DNA from: a virus
Length of the DNA stretch: 64,000 nt
Direction: 5' to 3' (one strand)
Virus record (IMG/VR): IMGVR_UViG_3300004369_000002
Location: 1 to 64,000 of that record
Of this stretch, positions 17,628-27,015 are shown one piece after another. Every line of letters starts with the position of its first letter. Position 1 is the stretch's first letter. Made by a program: the position numbers and the translations under genes. The notes below the pieces were generated by a model. It did not search any database. It worked only from the letters and a program-made list of their open reading frames with translations, and had not been told where the DNA came from.

Positions 17628-19331
17628 TCATTGTGCTGTGTAGAAGTTCCGGACAGCATTTGTCAACGCCAGTTCAAGTTCGTCTCGCTGTGAAGTATTG
17701 AGGGCCTTTACTGTGATCCCGTTTTCGTGAACTTCTGCCTCAGCCTGATGATGCGACAACACTGGATCAATGAAAGAGCGAAGGTCGAATAGTTCCGACA
17801 TCTTGGCCTCAACCAAAATGGTGTCGTCCTGCTCCTTCATTTCGATTTCGGAGCGCCCGCCAGCAGCAATGATTTCCTGGAGGATTTCCATGGCCCGCTG
17901 GAGTTTCTCCAGATTGCCTGCACTGATGACGCGTCCGGCCTTGAATTCAACATCCTCGGCGTCAAGGGCTGCAAACATTTCGTCAAGGTTGGCGTAGACG
18001 TCCTTGCGCAAAGATTTGCCACACGAACATCCAGTCTTGCCATACTCCTCATCGTCGTCATCCTCATAATCGGATGGCTTAGGAATACGACGCTCCTCAC
18101 CTTCGTCATCGCCCTCGTACTCGTTGCCGTAACCAGCCTCTTCGTCGCCGTCCTCCATCTCCATGTAGACGGTACGGGCTACAACTTGTACAGGATCTCC
18201 GAACATGAACTGGCCATCTTCATAGTGGTAGCCAACCCTCATCGTCATCGGCTTTCCATCGTGCAGATGATCGAAGATGACCTGATTTTTCGACACTTGG
18301 CGCATACGAACCGGCCCGCCGAATCGTTTCCCAATCTCGGCGACTAGCGAACGCATCATGTTCATCGCGGGGGACATTGGCATCATCCCCCACCCGCCTT
18401 TTTCTTGAGCCGTTTCGTCGACCTCGGGAAGAGTCTCGTCGGCCTTTTTCTTCATATCCGACTTCTTCATAGCCTCCCGGACCACATTCTTCATGAAGTC
18501 CTCGCCCCTGCTCCCCACTGCCAGCCACTTGATCTGTGCGATCACGCCGGGAAGCCGGAAGTCTTGAGCGTGGCGGGCCACCCATGCTTCGCGCAGTTCT
18601 AGAGCGTTTACCTGGTCGGGAGTGTCCGCCAGTCCGCCGCTTTCCGCGATCTTCGTGAGGATCGCGTATTGGGCGTTCCCCTTGATATTTCCGCCTTTGG
18701 CCCAAATCTCTGGATATTCCTCTTTTATGCGAGCCGCGAATTCACGGTCGAACATCTTCCATTTGCTCTTACCAAAGGAGTCAACTTTCTGCTCGCCTGT
18801 TTCACTCTTAATCGAAATAGTACCAGTTAACTGATTAGCCCCATGAAGAACAGGGCTAACTTCGTAAAGTTCTACTTCACGTAGCAGATTTGCTTGACGG
18901 TTATTGTCATAAATGGCGTCCAAAGTCTTGTAGCCAATGCTCCATTCCTGCTCTTCACCATAGAAAGCAACATTGGCAAATGCCTCTCGCCCCTTCTCGG
19001 ACTTGAGGTTGAACTGGACTCGGGCAAAAAGGCCACCGATACCAGCAGCCTTCATTTTGCCGGGCAGACGCGGATCGCTCGCCGGAACTTCGTAGATCTC
19101 CAGAACCTTGCCGATTGGATGATTCCAGTCGTGACCCCACACGACACGAGGCTTGCGACGCTTGAGACTTTCAGTAAATGCGCCGGGCAGAACAATGTCA
19201 CCCACGGAGTCCTTATTGCCAACACCAGAAACAAAACACTCAACGATGCCTTTTGCCTCGTCAACGTTAATTTGCCCGCTGATTGCCTTGAACTCTACCG
19301 AGCCCGACTGACCTGAAATAGTGGATGGCAT
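17628..19331 (-). CDS. HK97-family prohead protease (S78) with long C-terminal extension
   Basis: DSVGDIVLPGAF, VWGHDWNHPIG (His), EWSIGY (Ser), LYEVSPVLHGAN. Confidence 0.93.
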   Translation of the reverse strand: MPSTISGQSGSVEFKAISGQINVDEAKGIVECFVSGVGNKDSVGDIVLPGAFTESLKRRKPRVVWGHDWNHPIGKVLEIYEVPASDPRLPGKMKAAGIGGLFARVQFNLKSEKGREAFANVAFYGEEQEWSIGYKTLDAIYDNNRQANLLREVELYEVSPVLHGANQLTGTISIKSETGEQKVDSFGKSKWKMFDREFAARIKEEYPEIWAKGGNIKGNAQYAILTKIAESGGLADTPDQVNALELREAWVARHAQDFRLPGVIAQIKWLAVGSRGEDFMKNVVREAMKKSDMKKKADETLPEVDETAQEKGGWGMMPMSPAMNMMRSLVAEIGKRFGGPVRMRQVSKNQVIFDHLHDGKPMTMRVGYHYEDGQFMFGDPVQVVARTVYMEMEDGDEEAGYGNEYEGDDEGEERRIPKPSDYEDDDDEEYGKTGCSCGKSLRKDVYANLDEMFAALDAEDVEFKAGRVISAGNLEKLQRAMEILQEIIAAGGRSEIEMKEQDDTILVEAKMSELFDLRSFIDPVLSHHQAEAEVHENGITVKALNTSQRDELELALTNAVRNFYTAQ

Positions 19332-19421
19332 AAGTCACCTCTAAAGTTGGACTTCCCCAATAATAAACAAAATAAGCAGCACACAGGGAAACCCATAGTG
19401 ACTTTACAGAAAGTCGCTAGA

Positions 19422-21641
19422 TCAGAAATCGAAACCCAAACGGCAACGACAGTTAATGGTCAAGCCGGGAGGAGCCAACGGATCGCCAGGGAACCGCAAC
19501 AAGGCACCCTCAACAGCAAACCCATCACCGATATCAACACTCTTTCCGTCCAAGAATCGGTGAGATTCACGCACACGAGCATCCTTGCGTGTCAACCACT
19601 TTTTCCTCGGAATACCGGCAGCGACACTACCCAGATAAGTGCCAGCATTGAAAGCAGACTGAGACTCATGCTCAGCGATAGTCCGCTTTCGCTTCGCCAA
19701 CAAGTTCGCAAAAATGGCAATCAAAGCGGCACGCAACATGCTTGCTTTATCGTCGTCGGAACCAGACAAAGCCATCACAACCAGAAGAGCGGCCGCCAAC
19801 TCTTCCTTGGTTGTTTCATTGGCCTGCTGAGCGCGAGCAACCTGAGCCTCCAAAACCTCTTCTAGTTCCTTCTCGGCGATAGTTCCCGTTTCGCCAATGT
19901 CTTCAGAAACAAGATTGGCTGCATCCAACAAAATGGCCTTGAACAACGGGCGAAGGTCATCGTCCATTTGCCGGTTCCACACGTCAACATCAAAAATGGC
20001 GTCCACCGACAGCAAATTCTCGCGAATCGCCTTCCGGCTCTTGGCACCCAACGCCTTCTCCAGGATCACTCGCTGCTGACGTTCGAACAGCCGATCCAAA
20101 GAGGCATCAACAATTTCGGTCCATCGGTCGGCAGTATCTTCAGCCTTCTTGTCCCAAACGGTCAGAGCCTGATTCAAAACCTTGGTCTCAATACCAGAAC
20201 GCGGTTCGCTGAGTTGCCCTTCAGGAATGGGTTCGATCGCTGCCTCCACAGGCTGACCTTCAGCGGGTTGCCCTTCCATCTCAGGCATTGCACCTGGCTG
20301 AGGCGCACCCCCTGCGGGCTGTCCTTCCATGCCAGGCATTGCTCCACCTGCACTGCCATCCGGAACAGCGCCCGCCTGAGCGATCGGCATTTGATCTTCA
20401 ATACTGAAAGGCTTTTCCGTATTGGCAATCGGAACCAAATTCGGGTTTGACAGCAACTGGTCAGCGATTTCGGACTCAACGTTTTTACGTCCAGTTCCTT
20501 CACGATACTCGTTCGCGCTGATCAGTCCGTTCCCAAACTCTTCCATCAAATATCGTTCACGTTCCTGCTTAGACAGGATGAGAATCGGAACGTCCTTGGT
20601 GTCAAAATCGACGTAGTACTTGTCGTCAAGTTCGTCCAAAGCACGGGCCAAAGGCTCCAGATGGGGAAGCATGGTTTCCATCCAGAAAACACGCAATTCT
20701 TCGGCAGCATTGGAGAAAGTTCTTCCTGAGGCATTTCCGATCACGGATTCAGGAACACCAAAAGCAGCAAGAATCTCTTCTTTGGTGATTTGACGCATTT
20801 CGACGTACGCTGCGTCACGAGGATTGGAAGCGGTGTCAATGAAATCGGCACCTTCTTCGGAACTGATTACAGAAACAGATCCCGTCCTGCTGAGATTTCC
20901 ACGGAATCGACTACGCAGTTCGTCAGCGTCGTCCGGGTCCAATTCTCCGCGAACGACAAGTAGTCCTCCAGGGCGACCGTCGTTCAACAAGAAGTTTCGA
21001 TTGTAGAGACGAGAAAGGTTTTCGATTTCGATGGCAATGCCAGCGGACTCCATTGGAGTCAAAGACAAGTAAGGATCAAGTGGGTGAGGTCGACGTACCC
21101 ACACAACTTTCTCCGGGGGAAGAACATACTTTTGGCCAGTGGGCAGATCGACCTGATATCCCGAGACGAAGCGCTTAGGGTCGGGAAGGGGCGCAGTGAA
21201 CTGCGGAGGGAGCAAGTTCAACGCAATGACACTTCCATCACGTCCAGTGACTTTTTCAATGAATACTCCACGGGTCGACATCAAAAGTTGGCTAGACAGT
21301 CGATAGCGGAACACGAAGGAGTTTTCCCCTTCGTTTGACTTGGTGTTGAGCAAGTCCAGGACACGATGCTTCTTGTTGACGACTTCCCCGTTGGGGTTGT
21401 TGTCCTTGCGGAGTATGACGGGGAGTCGGGCTTGGTTTCCGGCGATGGCGTCGATACAGCGGGAAACCCATACGACCTTTTGCAAACCTTCTCGGTATGC
21501 GCGTTCGATATCCCAGGAATCACGGTATGGCTTTCCGGCCATTGCCGGGTGAAGGGCGACGGGTGCGCCCGGACCAAGTGTTCCTGCTTTTTGCTGGCTA
21601 TTGCCACCCAGGTTCTTGGTCTGCCGAGAGTTCCATGCCAT
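19422..21641 (-). CDS. Portal protein fused to C-terminal MuF-like minor head domain
   Basis: CIDAIA, L.P..SA, F.NDGRPGGLL, EILAAFGVP...G, TFSNA, GLISANEYR; then KKWLTRKDARVRESH..LDG...FPGDP...INCRC. Confidence 0.92.
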   Translation of the reverse strand: MAWNSRQTKNLGGNSQQKAGTLGPGAPVALHPAMAGKPYRDSWDIERAYREGLQKVVWVSRCIDAIAGNQARLPVILRKDNNPNGEVVNKKHRVLDLLNTKSNEGENSFVFRYRLSSQLLMSTRGVFIEKVTGRDGSVIALNLLPPQFTAPLPDPKRFVSGYQVDLPTGQKYVLPPEKVVWVRRPHPLDPYLSLTPMESAGIAIEIENLSRLYNRNFLLNDGRPGGLLVVRGELDPDDADELRSRFRGNLSRTGSVSVISSEEGADFIDTASNPRDAAYVEMRQITKEEILAAFGVPESVIGNASGRTFSNAAEELRVFWMETMLPHLEPLARALDELDDKYYVDFDTKDVPILILSKQERERYLMEEFGNGLISANEYREGTGRKNVESEIADQLLSNPNLVPIANTEKPFSIEDQMPIAQAGAVPDGSAGGAMPGMEGQPAGGAPQPGAMPEMEGQPAEGQPVEAAIEPIPEGQLSEPRSGIETKVLNQALTVWDKKAEDTADRWTEIVDASLDRLFERQQRVILEKALGAKSRKAIRENLLSVDAIFDVDVWNRQMDDDLRPLFKAILLDAANLVSEDIGETGTIAEKELEEVLEAQVARAQQANETTKEELAAALLVVMALSGSDDDKASMLRAALIAIFANLLAKRKRTIAEHESQSAFNAGTYLGSVAAGIPRKKWLTRKDARVRESHRFLDGKSVDIGDGFAVEGALLRFPGDPLAPPGLTINCRCRLGFDF

Positions 21642-21643
21642 CT

Positions 21644-21874
21644 TTAATCAGACCCCAGTAGGTAGCCGAATAGCCCGCAGGTTATTCCTGCGGTTATAAA
21701 ACCTGCCGCAGGGAGAAGCATCGCCGCTCCTACGGATGTCATAAGTATAAAGGATAACATGAAGAAATTAGCGGTTACCGTGCGCCAAGGTACCCGACGT
21801 AGTCCTATGGACAACTTTGCAAGCATGCGTTTTGGTAGTCGTAGAATCCGCACTTTCACCTCTTGGTCGTTCAC
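21644..21874 (-). CDS. Small two-TM membrane protein upstream of portal
   Basis: Hydrophobic C-terminal hairpin; first gene of the head operon. Confidence 0.7.
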   Translation of the reverse strand: MNDQEVKVRILRLPKRMLAKLSIGLRRVPWRTVTANFFMLSFILMTSVGAAMLLPAAGFITAGITCGLFGYLLGSD

Positions 21875-21910
21875 TTATACTAACTTAGAGGTAACGACCT
21901 GGAGACCAAG
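21875..21910. promoter_or_regulatory. Compact divergent promoter region (head operon / terminase)
   Basis: 36-bp gap with TATACT on plus strand and TAAGTT on minus strand 7 nt before GTG 21874; GGAG SD for terminase. Confidence 0.55.
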
Positions 21911-23215
21911 ATGGGCGATTGGACCGCAGTCCTAAAATATTTGGAGCCCAAGTTGCCTCCGTTCTGTCCGGAAGAGCCGTCGATCACGCAGAAGGTTTTT
22001 CTGCGTACTAATGCGATTGAGGCTCTGTTTGGTGGGGCAGCGGGTGGTGGCAAATCAAGTGCTTTGTTGATGTCGGCCCTTCAGTATGTCGACACCCCGG
22101 GTTATTCGGCCATCTTGTTTCGTCGTACGTACGCCGACCTAGCCCTGCCGGGGGCCATCATGGACCGTTTCCAGCATTGGATGGCCCCATACGACGATGT
22201 GCGATGGAACGCCAATAATTACACGGCCGTTTTCCCCTCGGGAGCACGTATTTCTTTTGGTTATTTGAATAACCAGCAGGACTATCTTCGCTATAAGGGT
22301 GCTGAATTTCAATTCATAGGTATGGATGAAGTTACAGAAATCCGGGAAACTGACTATCGTTATCTATTCTCCCGTCTCCGCCGACCAGCCTCAGGACCCC
22401 TTTCCCAGGTCCCACTTAGAATGAGGGCAGCATCGAACCCCGCTCCCAACTGGGTACGACAAAGATTCATCGTGGAAGGCAAGGAAGAGGGCCGCATTTT
22501 CGTCCCCTCCAAGTTGACGGACAACCCGGGTATTGATGCCGCGTCCTACCGGCAGTCACTCCAAGCCCTGGACCCGATCGAACGGCGCAGACTGGAACTC
22601 GGTGACTGGTGGTCTACCTCGCTCGGAACCTTGTTCGAACGTGAATCATTCATCATTATCGATCAGATTGACGTTCCAGAGTTGACAAGTGCCGCCCGGG
22701 CAGTCAGATTCTGGGACCTGGCGGCCACCGAACCCTCCCAAAGCAACCCCGACCCAGACTGGACCGTCGGAACCCTCATGCTCTTCGACCAAGGAATCGC
22801 CTACGTACTGGACGTAAAAAAGGCCAGGGTGAAGGGCGAAAAAGTCGAACAACTCATCGCCCAAACCGCCTACGAAGATGGAAAAGGCATAGCCATACGA
22901 ATGGAACAAGAACCGGGATCCTCCGGTAAGGCGCTGGCGGACCAGTACGCCAGATATGTCGTCCCCGGCTACGACTTTGGCGCCATCCGGTCAACGGGCG
23001 ATAAAGTGACCCGGGCCAGACCTTTCGCCGCCGCAGTAGCCAATGGGAACGTCAGAGTCGTACGTGGCCCATTCCTGACCGATTGGTTGGATGAATTTTC
23101 TTCGTTCCCCGAAGCCGCTCACCACGATGACCAGGTAGACTCTTCTGTTGGAGCGTTCACGTTCTTGACGGGCCTCGGCCTACCACAACGTAAACGGGCC
23201 GCCATAATCATCTGA
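21911..23215 (+). CDS. terL: Terminase large subunit
   Basis: Walker A GGAAGGGKS, Walker B FIGMDE, ASNP, nuclease FWDLA, DWTVG, GDKVTRA, HDDQVD. Confidence 0.95.
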   Translation: MGDWTAVLKYLEPKLPPFCPEEPSITQKVFLRTNAIEALFGGAAGGGKSSALLMSALQYVDTPGYSAILFRRTYADLALPGAIMDRFQHWMAPYDDVRWNANNYTAVFPSGARISFGYLNNQQDYLRYKGAEFQFIGMDEVTEIRETDYRYLFSRLRRPASGPLSQVPLRMRAASNPAPNWVRQRFIVEGKEEGRIFVPSKLTDNPGIDAASYRQSLQALDPIERRRLELGDWWSTSLGTLFERESFIIIDQIDVPELTSAARAVRFWDLAATEPSQSNPDPDWTVGTLMLFDQGIAYVLDVKKARVKGEKVEQLIAQTAYEDGKGIAIRMEQEPGSSGKALADQYARYVVPGYDFGAIRSTGDKVTRARPFAAAVANGNVRVVRGPFLTDWLDEFSSFPEAAHHDDQVDSSVGAFTFLTGLGLPQRKRAAIII

Positions 23216-23234
23216 TTTATTGAACCGAGGATAA

Positions 23235-23738
23235 ATGTCTACTGATGTACCCGCATGGGTGCACGACTTCAATCAACGTCTGCTGGACCTTGATGAGTCG
23301 GTAACCCAACTACGCCAAGAAGGCGTTGACATTCGCACTGCCGCAGAAATCTATTCACATATTCAACGATTCAAAGCCGGAATTCGCTTGATCACGGAAA
23401 CCATGGAAAACCTGCTGGTCGAACTTTTCGATGACAGCGAAGAAGTCATCGTGAGCGAAAACGGAATGGCTGTCCAGAAAGTAATGGACACCCCACGGAA
23501 GGCGTGGCGCAACCAGGAGGTTGCAACTGCTGTCGCCAACCGAATTCAGCAAATGGCCGTGGATCTTGATACCGGCGAAATTACGATGACCACGGAAGAG
23601 ATGATCGCCAAACTCTTGGACTTCGTTCAACCGTCCTACTGGAGGCTGAAGCCCCTGCGGGAAATCGGAATCAACCCTGACGATTATTGCGAAGTCGGAG
23701 AACCCAAACCCACAATCAAGTACCAGAAAGCGAAGTGA
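23235..23738 (+). CDS. Hypothetical protein (recombination module)
   Basis: GAGG SD; tightly packed upstream of Sak. Confidence 0.75.
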   Translation: MSTDVPAWVHDFNQRLLDLDESVTQLRQEGVDIRTAAEIYSHIQRFKAGIRLITETMENLLVELFDDSEEVIVSENGMAVQKVMDTPRKAWRNQEVATAVANRIQQMAVDLDTGEITMTTEEMIAKLLDFVQPSYWRLKPLREIGINPDDYCEVGEPKPTIKYQKAK

Positions 23739-23739
23739 C

Positions 23740-24543
23740 ATGTCTGAAGAAAATGAGAATCTGCACATTGACAAACTTTGGTATCAACAGCGTCGCGAAA
23801 ACCACACCCTTGATTCAGAGATGGAAAAAGCGACTCTGAACAAAATCATGCGTGATCTCGCTGAACCATTTCCCGCCGAGATGGAAAGAACGCTAACTAA
23901 AAGTGGCGTTGCGTTGACCTACATCCCCGTCAGTGAAGTTATCAACCGACTCAACCGCGTTATTGGCGTGAGCAACTGGTCATCAGACATCATCAGGTGC
24001 GAACGCGACCAGCACGACCCGGACTTCATCGTTGCCCACGTTCGACTTACAGCAACGTTTCCCACGCTGAACTCCTCTGGGCGAGTCGTCAAAGATGGCA
24101 TTGGCGGCCAGAAGATCAAGCGCAATCGGAAAGACAACGAGATCATCGACCTGGGTGACGAGATGAAGGGTGCCGTATCCGACGCGTTGAAAAAAGCAGC
24201 CCAGCAGTTGGGTGTTGGCCTTTACCTGGCTCGCGATATCGACGCGATTGAAATCGATGAAGCGATGTACGCCGACGAAAAACAGCCAGTTCAGACTCAG
24301 AGCGTCTCGGTTCCCGATGAGGTAGTGGATGCTTACGAGCGGTTCCGAGAAATCCGCGACACCCTGTCGGATGATCAACGCATGAAGTTGCGCGACTTTT
24401 GGGCTGAATACAGTGGGGGACGGCCGATCCCCAAGCCAACAGAGTTCACGGTCAAGGAGTTGGATGCATTGATCGTCGAAGCGTTGCGAATTCAGTTCGA
24501 CGCCACATCGGTCGTTAATTCGGATGCCCCAGCCGTTTCCTGA
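23740..24543 (+). CDS. Rad52/Rad22-family single-strand annealing protein (Sak-like)
   Basis: LTYIP...VINRLN.V.G..NW, KDGIG, KGAVSDALKKAA..LGVGLYL. Confidence 0.9.
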   Translation: MSEENENLHIDKLWYQQRRENHTLDSEMEKATLNKIMRDLAEPFPAEMERTLTKSGVALTYIPVSEVINRLNRVIGVSNWSSDIIRCERDQHDPDFIVAHVRLTATFPTLNSSGRVVKDGIGGQKIKRNRKDNEIIDLGDEMKGAVSDALKKAAQQLGVGLYLARDIDAIEIDEAMYADEKQPVQTQSVSVPDEVVDAYERFREIRDTLSDDQRMKLRDFWAEYSGGRPIPKPTEFTVKELDALIVEALRIQFDATSVVNSDAPAVS

Positions 24544-25307
24544 TGGCCTATTCAGCACCGGAGTACTTGTCTCCAACATCCATTACAACCTTTGAGCAGT
24601 GCCCTCTGAAGTTCAAATACACGCGTATTGATGGCGTTCGCGAGCCACCGACAGAAGCAACCCTGCTCGGGAATTTCGTTCACGATGTATTTGAAGGCAT
24701 CTATTCGGCAGAGCCAGAAGATCGAACGATCCCAACGGCACGCAACCTGGCGCGCGATCTGTGGGAGAACAAATATCGCGAGCCGGTATCAAAGTTGGTT
24801 GCCCCTGACAAGTTGAATGACTTTCGCTGGAAGTCATGGTTCTGCATTGAGAACCTATGGAAGTTGGAAACCCCGGAAGGCAGAAAGTTTGACGGGGTGG
24901 AATTCGAACTTCTTACCGACCTGGATGGCGTCAAGGTACGCGGATTCGTTGACCGGTTTCATCTTGAGGAGGACTCCCAGATTGTTATCGGCGACTACAA
25001 AACCGGCAAGGTTCCGCAAGAACGTTATGTCCACGACAAGTTTTTCCAGTTGATCACATATGGAGCGATGTTTGAATCAATTGGGATGGGATCTACGAAA
25101 TCGGTAGAACTCATTTTCGTCAAAGGACCTAAAACCTTCAAGCGTGAAGTGTCACGGGAAGACATAACAGCAACCATTGATCGCATCAAATCTGTTTACG
25201 AAGGGATACAGAGCAGATGCGAATCGGAAACTTTTGAGCCAATCAAAACACGACTATGCGATTGGTGTTACTTCAAAACGAAATGCCCAGCCTGGAGTAG
25301 GAAATGA
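24543..25307 (+). CDS. PD-(D/E)xK RecB/AddB/Cas4-like exonuclease
   Basis: LSPTSI..FEQCP, G..VH, GFVDR, DYKTGK, QL..Y, C-terminal CDWC....C (4-Cys Fe-S pattern). Confidence 0.9.
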   Translation: MAYSAPEYLSPTSITTFEQCPLKFKYTRIDGVREPPTEATLLGNFVHDVFEGIYSAEPEDRTIPTARNLARDLWENKYREPVSKLVAPDKLNDFRWKSWFCIENLWKLETPEGRKFDGVEFELLTDLDGVKVRGFVDRFHLEEDSQIVIGDYKTGKVPQERYVHDKFFQLITYGAMFESIGMGSTKSVELIFVKGPKTFKREVSREDITATIDRIKSVYEGIQSRCESETFEPIKTRLCDWCYFKTKCPAWSRK

Positions 25308-25813
25308 AAATTTCAGATGATGCGTTTGCGAAGATTGTTGCCGAGGAGGTCAAGAACAGGGCCTCCCAGGCCAATCGGGCAATTCTTCTGGACAAGGAGA
25401 ATTGGGATCGGTGGTCTCGGGCATTGCGTGCATTGATTGACAACCTGGATCAACAGTTGAGCGACATTGAGTCCGATATTGATGCGGATACGGAACGCTA
25501 TAACGCCATCGAAGAAGGCGACGTGCTGCTATCAACATCGTTAGCCGTGTACGAATCACGCAAAAAGAAAATTCAACGTTTCAAGTTCCACGTAGAAAAT
25601 CGACTCATCCAAGTCGATTCTATGATCGAAACAGGGGTGACGCCCAAGGATGAGCCAGTTGCCGCTCTCCTTCATCTACAAAACGCCATTCGTACACACA
25701 AGCGTCTAATGTATGAATTTGAACTGGAAGACACCCCACTGGATAGGGCACTATGGGCCTCCCTTGACGGCAAGTGGTTGTTTGACTCCATCAAGAGCGA
25801 GGACATCCAATGA
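25304..25813 (+). CDS. Hypothetical coiled-coil protein
   Basis: ATGA coupling on both sides. Confidence 0.7.
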   Translation: MKISDDAFAKIVAEEVKNRASQANRAILLDKENWDRWSRALRALIDNLDQQLSDIESDIDADTERYNAIEEGDVLLSTSLAVYESRKKKIQRFKFHVENRLIQVDSMIETGVTPKDEPVAALLHLQNAIRTHKRLMYEFELEDTPLDRALWASLDGKWLFDSIKSEDIQ

Positions 25814-25953
25814 CTATCAACAAACATGACCGAACTGGATATGTCAGAGGTTGCAGGTGCGATATCTGTCGATCGGCCAACAGCGAATATCAGCGCCTCT
25901 ACATGAAGGAGTGGCGTCGTAAGCGTTCCGAAAAGCCAATCACCAATTCATGA
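25810..25953 (+). CDS. 47-aa HxxxxYxxGCRCxxC zinc-binding miniprotein
   Basis: Not in ORF track; MTINKHDRTGYVRGCRCDICRSANSEYQRLYMKEWRRKRSEKPITNS; ATGA overlaps at both ends. Confidence 0.75.
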   Translation: MTINKHDRTGYVRGCRCDICRSANSEYQRLYMKEWRRKRSEKPITNS

Positions 25954-26318
25954 AACGTGGCAAACCCCTAAAGCGGACAGGCGAACTTAAACGAGGCGGA
26001 CCGCTGAAGCCACGATCAAAGAAAAAAGAAAAGGAATACACCAAGCGCCGTCCACTGGTGGAACGACTGCTGAAAGAACGCCCCTGGTGTGAGGCATGTC
26101 CGGCATTCGCTAAACACGACAAACTTGCCGTATACATCCGACGTCCAAGTGTGGATATTCACGAACTGAAACGTCGTTCACAAGGCGGATCAATTCTGGA
26201 CGAACAGAATCTTTTAGCGGTTTGCCGTGAGTGTCATAACAGAATTGGGGCTCACCCAGCACTGGCTTTTGAACTAGGGTTGTCAATACACGGATGGGAG
26301 AAAAACGAAGATGATTAA
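25950..26318 (+). CDS. HNH endonuclease
   Basis: CEAC, DIHE...RSQGGS, NL.AVCRECHN..G.HP. Confidence 0.85.
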   Translation: MKRGKPLKRTGELKRGGPLKPRSKKKEKEYTKRRPLVERLLKERPWCEACPAFAKHDKLAVYIRRPSVDIHELKRRSQGGSILDEQNLLAVCRECHNRIGAHPALAFELGLSIHGWEKNEDD

Positions 26319-27015
26319 AATTGGATACGTGGCATCAGGTCCTGCTTTGGACTATTACAGCAGCCTTGCGCACCACCCAACGTTTCATCCAGTCAGAGAA
26401 GAAATCCCAGTTCGTGGGAGGGCCTTGCGTTGTCCAGCATTCAACGAATACTGCCAATCGGCATTCAATATTCATGTCCCCTACGACTTGAAGTTCCGAA
26501 TCAAACGGGCCCCACAAAACAAGGAACCGTTCATTGAGTACGATCGGTCTCAGACATCTCTTGACGAAGAGGGATGTGGCCATGCGCTTGCGTTGCAAGA
26601 CCTGGATGACGGTGTCGCCCAGTTGAGCCTACATCCGTTTTTTATGTTCCTCTCAGATACGCCAGATGTCATTATGACAGTCCTTGGCGCACAGGGCCAA
26701 ACTAACCCTGAGCCGATTCGTGGCCAATTCAACATTTACAACTGGTTTCGCGGCACATCGTACGCCTTCAAGGTAGAGGAGGAGAAGTGGTATACGATTT
26801 CACGAAGTAGCCCTATCTATCAAGTGAAGTTTTACCATCCTTCAGAAACGCATTTTCTTGTGGCCGAAGCACTCAAAACACCATTCCTTGACTCGCGCGA
26901 ATCAGGACAACGACTGCATGGAATGATTGGTCCACAGAAATGGCCATCGATTTTTGACTTCAACAAAAAGAGGCGGCCGAAGAAAGTTATTCAATTCCTG
27001 AACGAATTCGAATGA
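26311..27015 (+). CDS. Hypothetical protein, DUF6065-like (paralog of 282..1091)
   Basis: RCPAFNEY..F.I.VPYDL, G.FNIYNWFR, ISRSSPIYQV. Confidence 0.5.
   Translation: MIKIGYVASGPALDYYSSLAHHPTFHPVREEIPVRGRALRCPAFNEYCQSAFNIHVPYDLKFRIKRAPQNKEPFIEYDRSQTSLDEEGCGHALALQDLDDGVAQLSLHPFFMFLSDTPDVIMTVLGAQGQTNPEPIRGQFNIYNWFRGTSYAFKVEEEKWYTISRSSPIYQVKFYHPSETHFLVAEALKTPFLDSRESGQRLHGMIGPQKWPSIFDFNKKRRPKKVIQFLNEFE

Noticed and set aside
2566-19403. 10-mer AGTCACTATG near both capsid and protease upstream regions
   Set aside because: Opposite orientations and only two copies; compatible with chance
21911-23215. Intein or intron in terminase, portal or capsid
   Set aside because: Lengths and motif spacing are continuous; no intein or homing-endonuclease motifs seen
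24543-25307. Cas4-like nuclease as sign of CRISPR-Cas
   Set aside because: No cas1/cas2 or repeat-spacer array seen; sits with Sak as a recombination exonuclease
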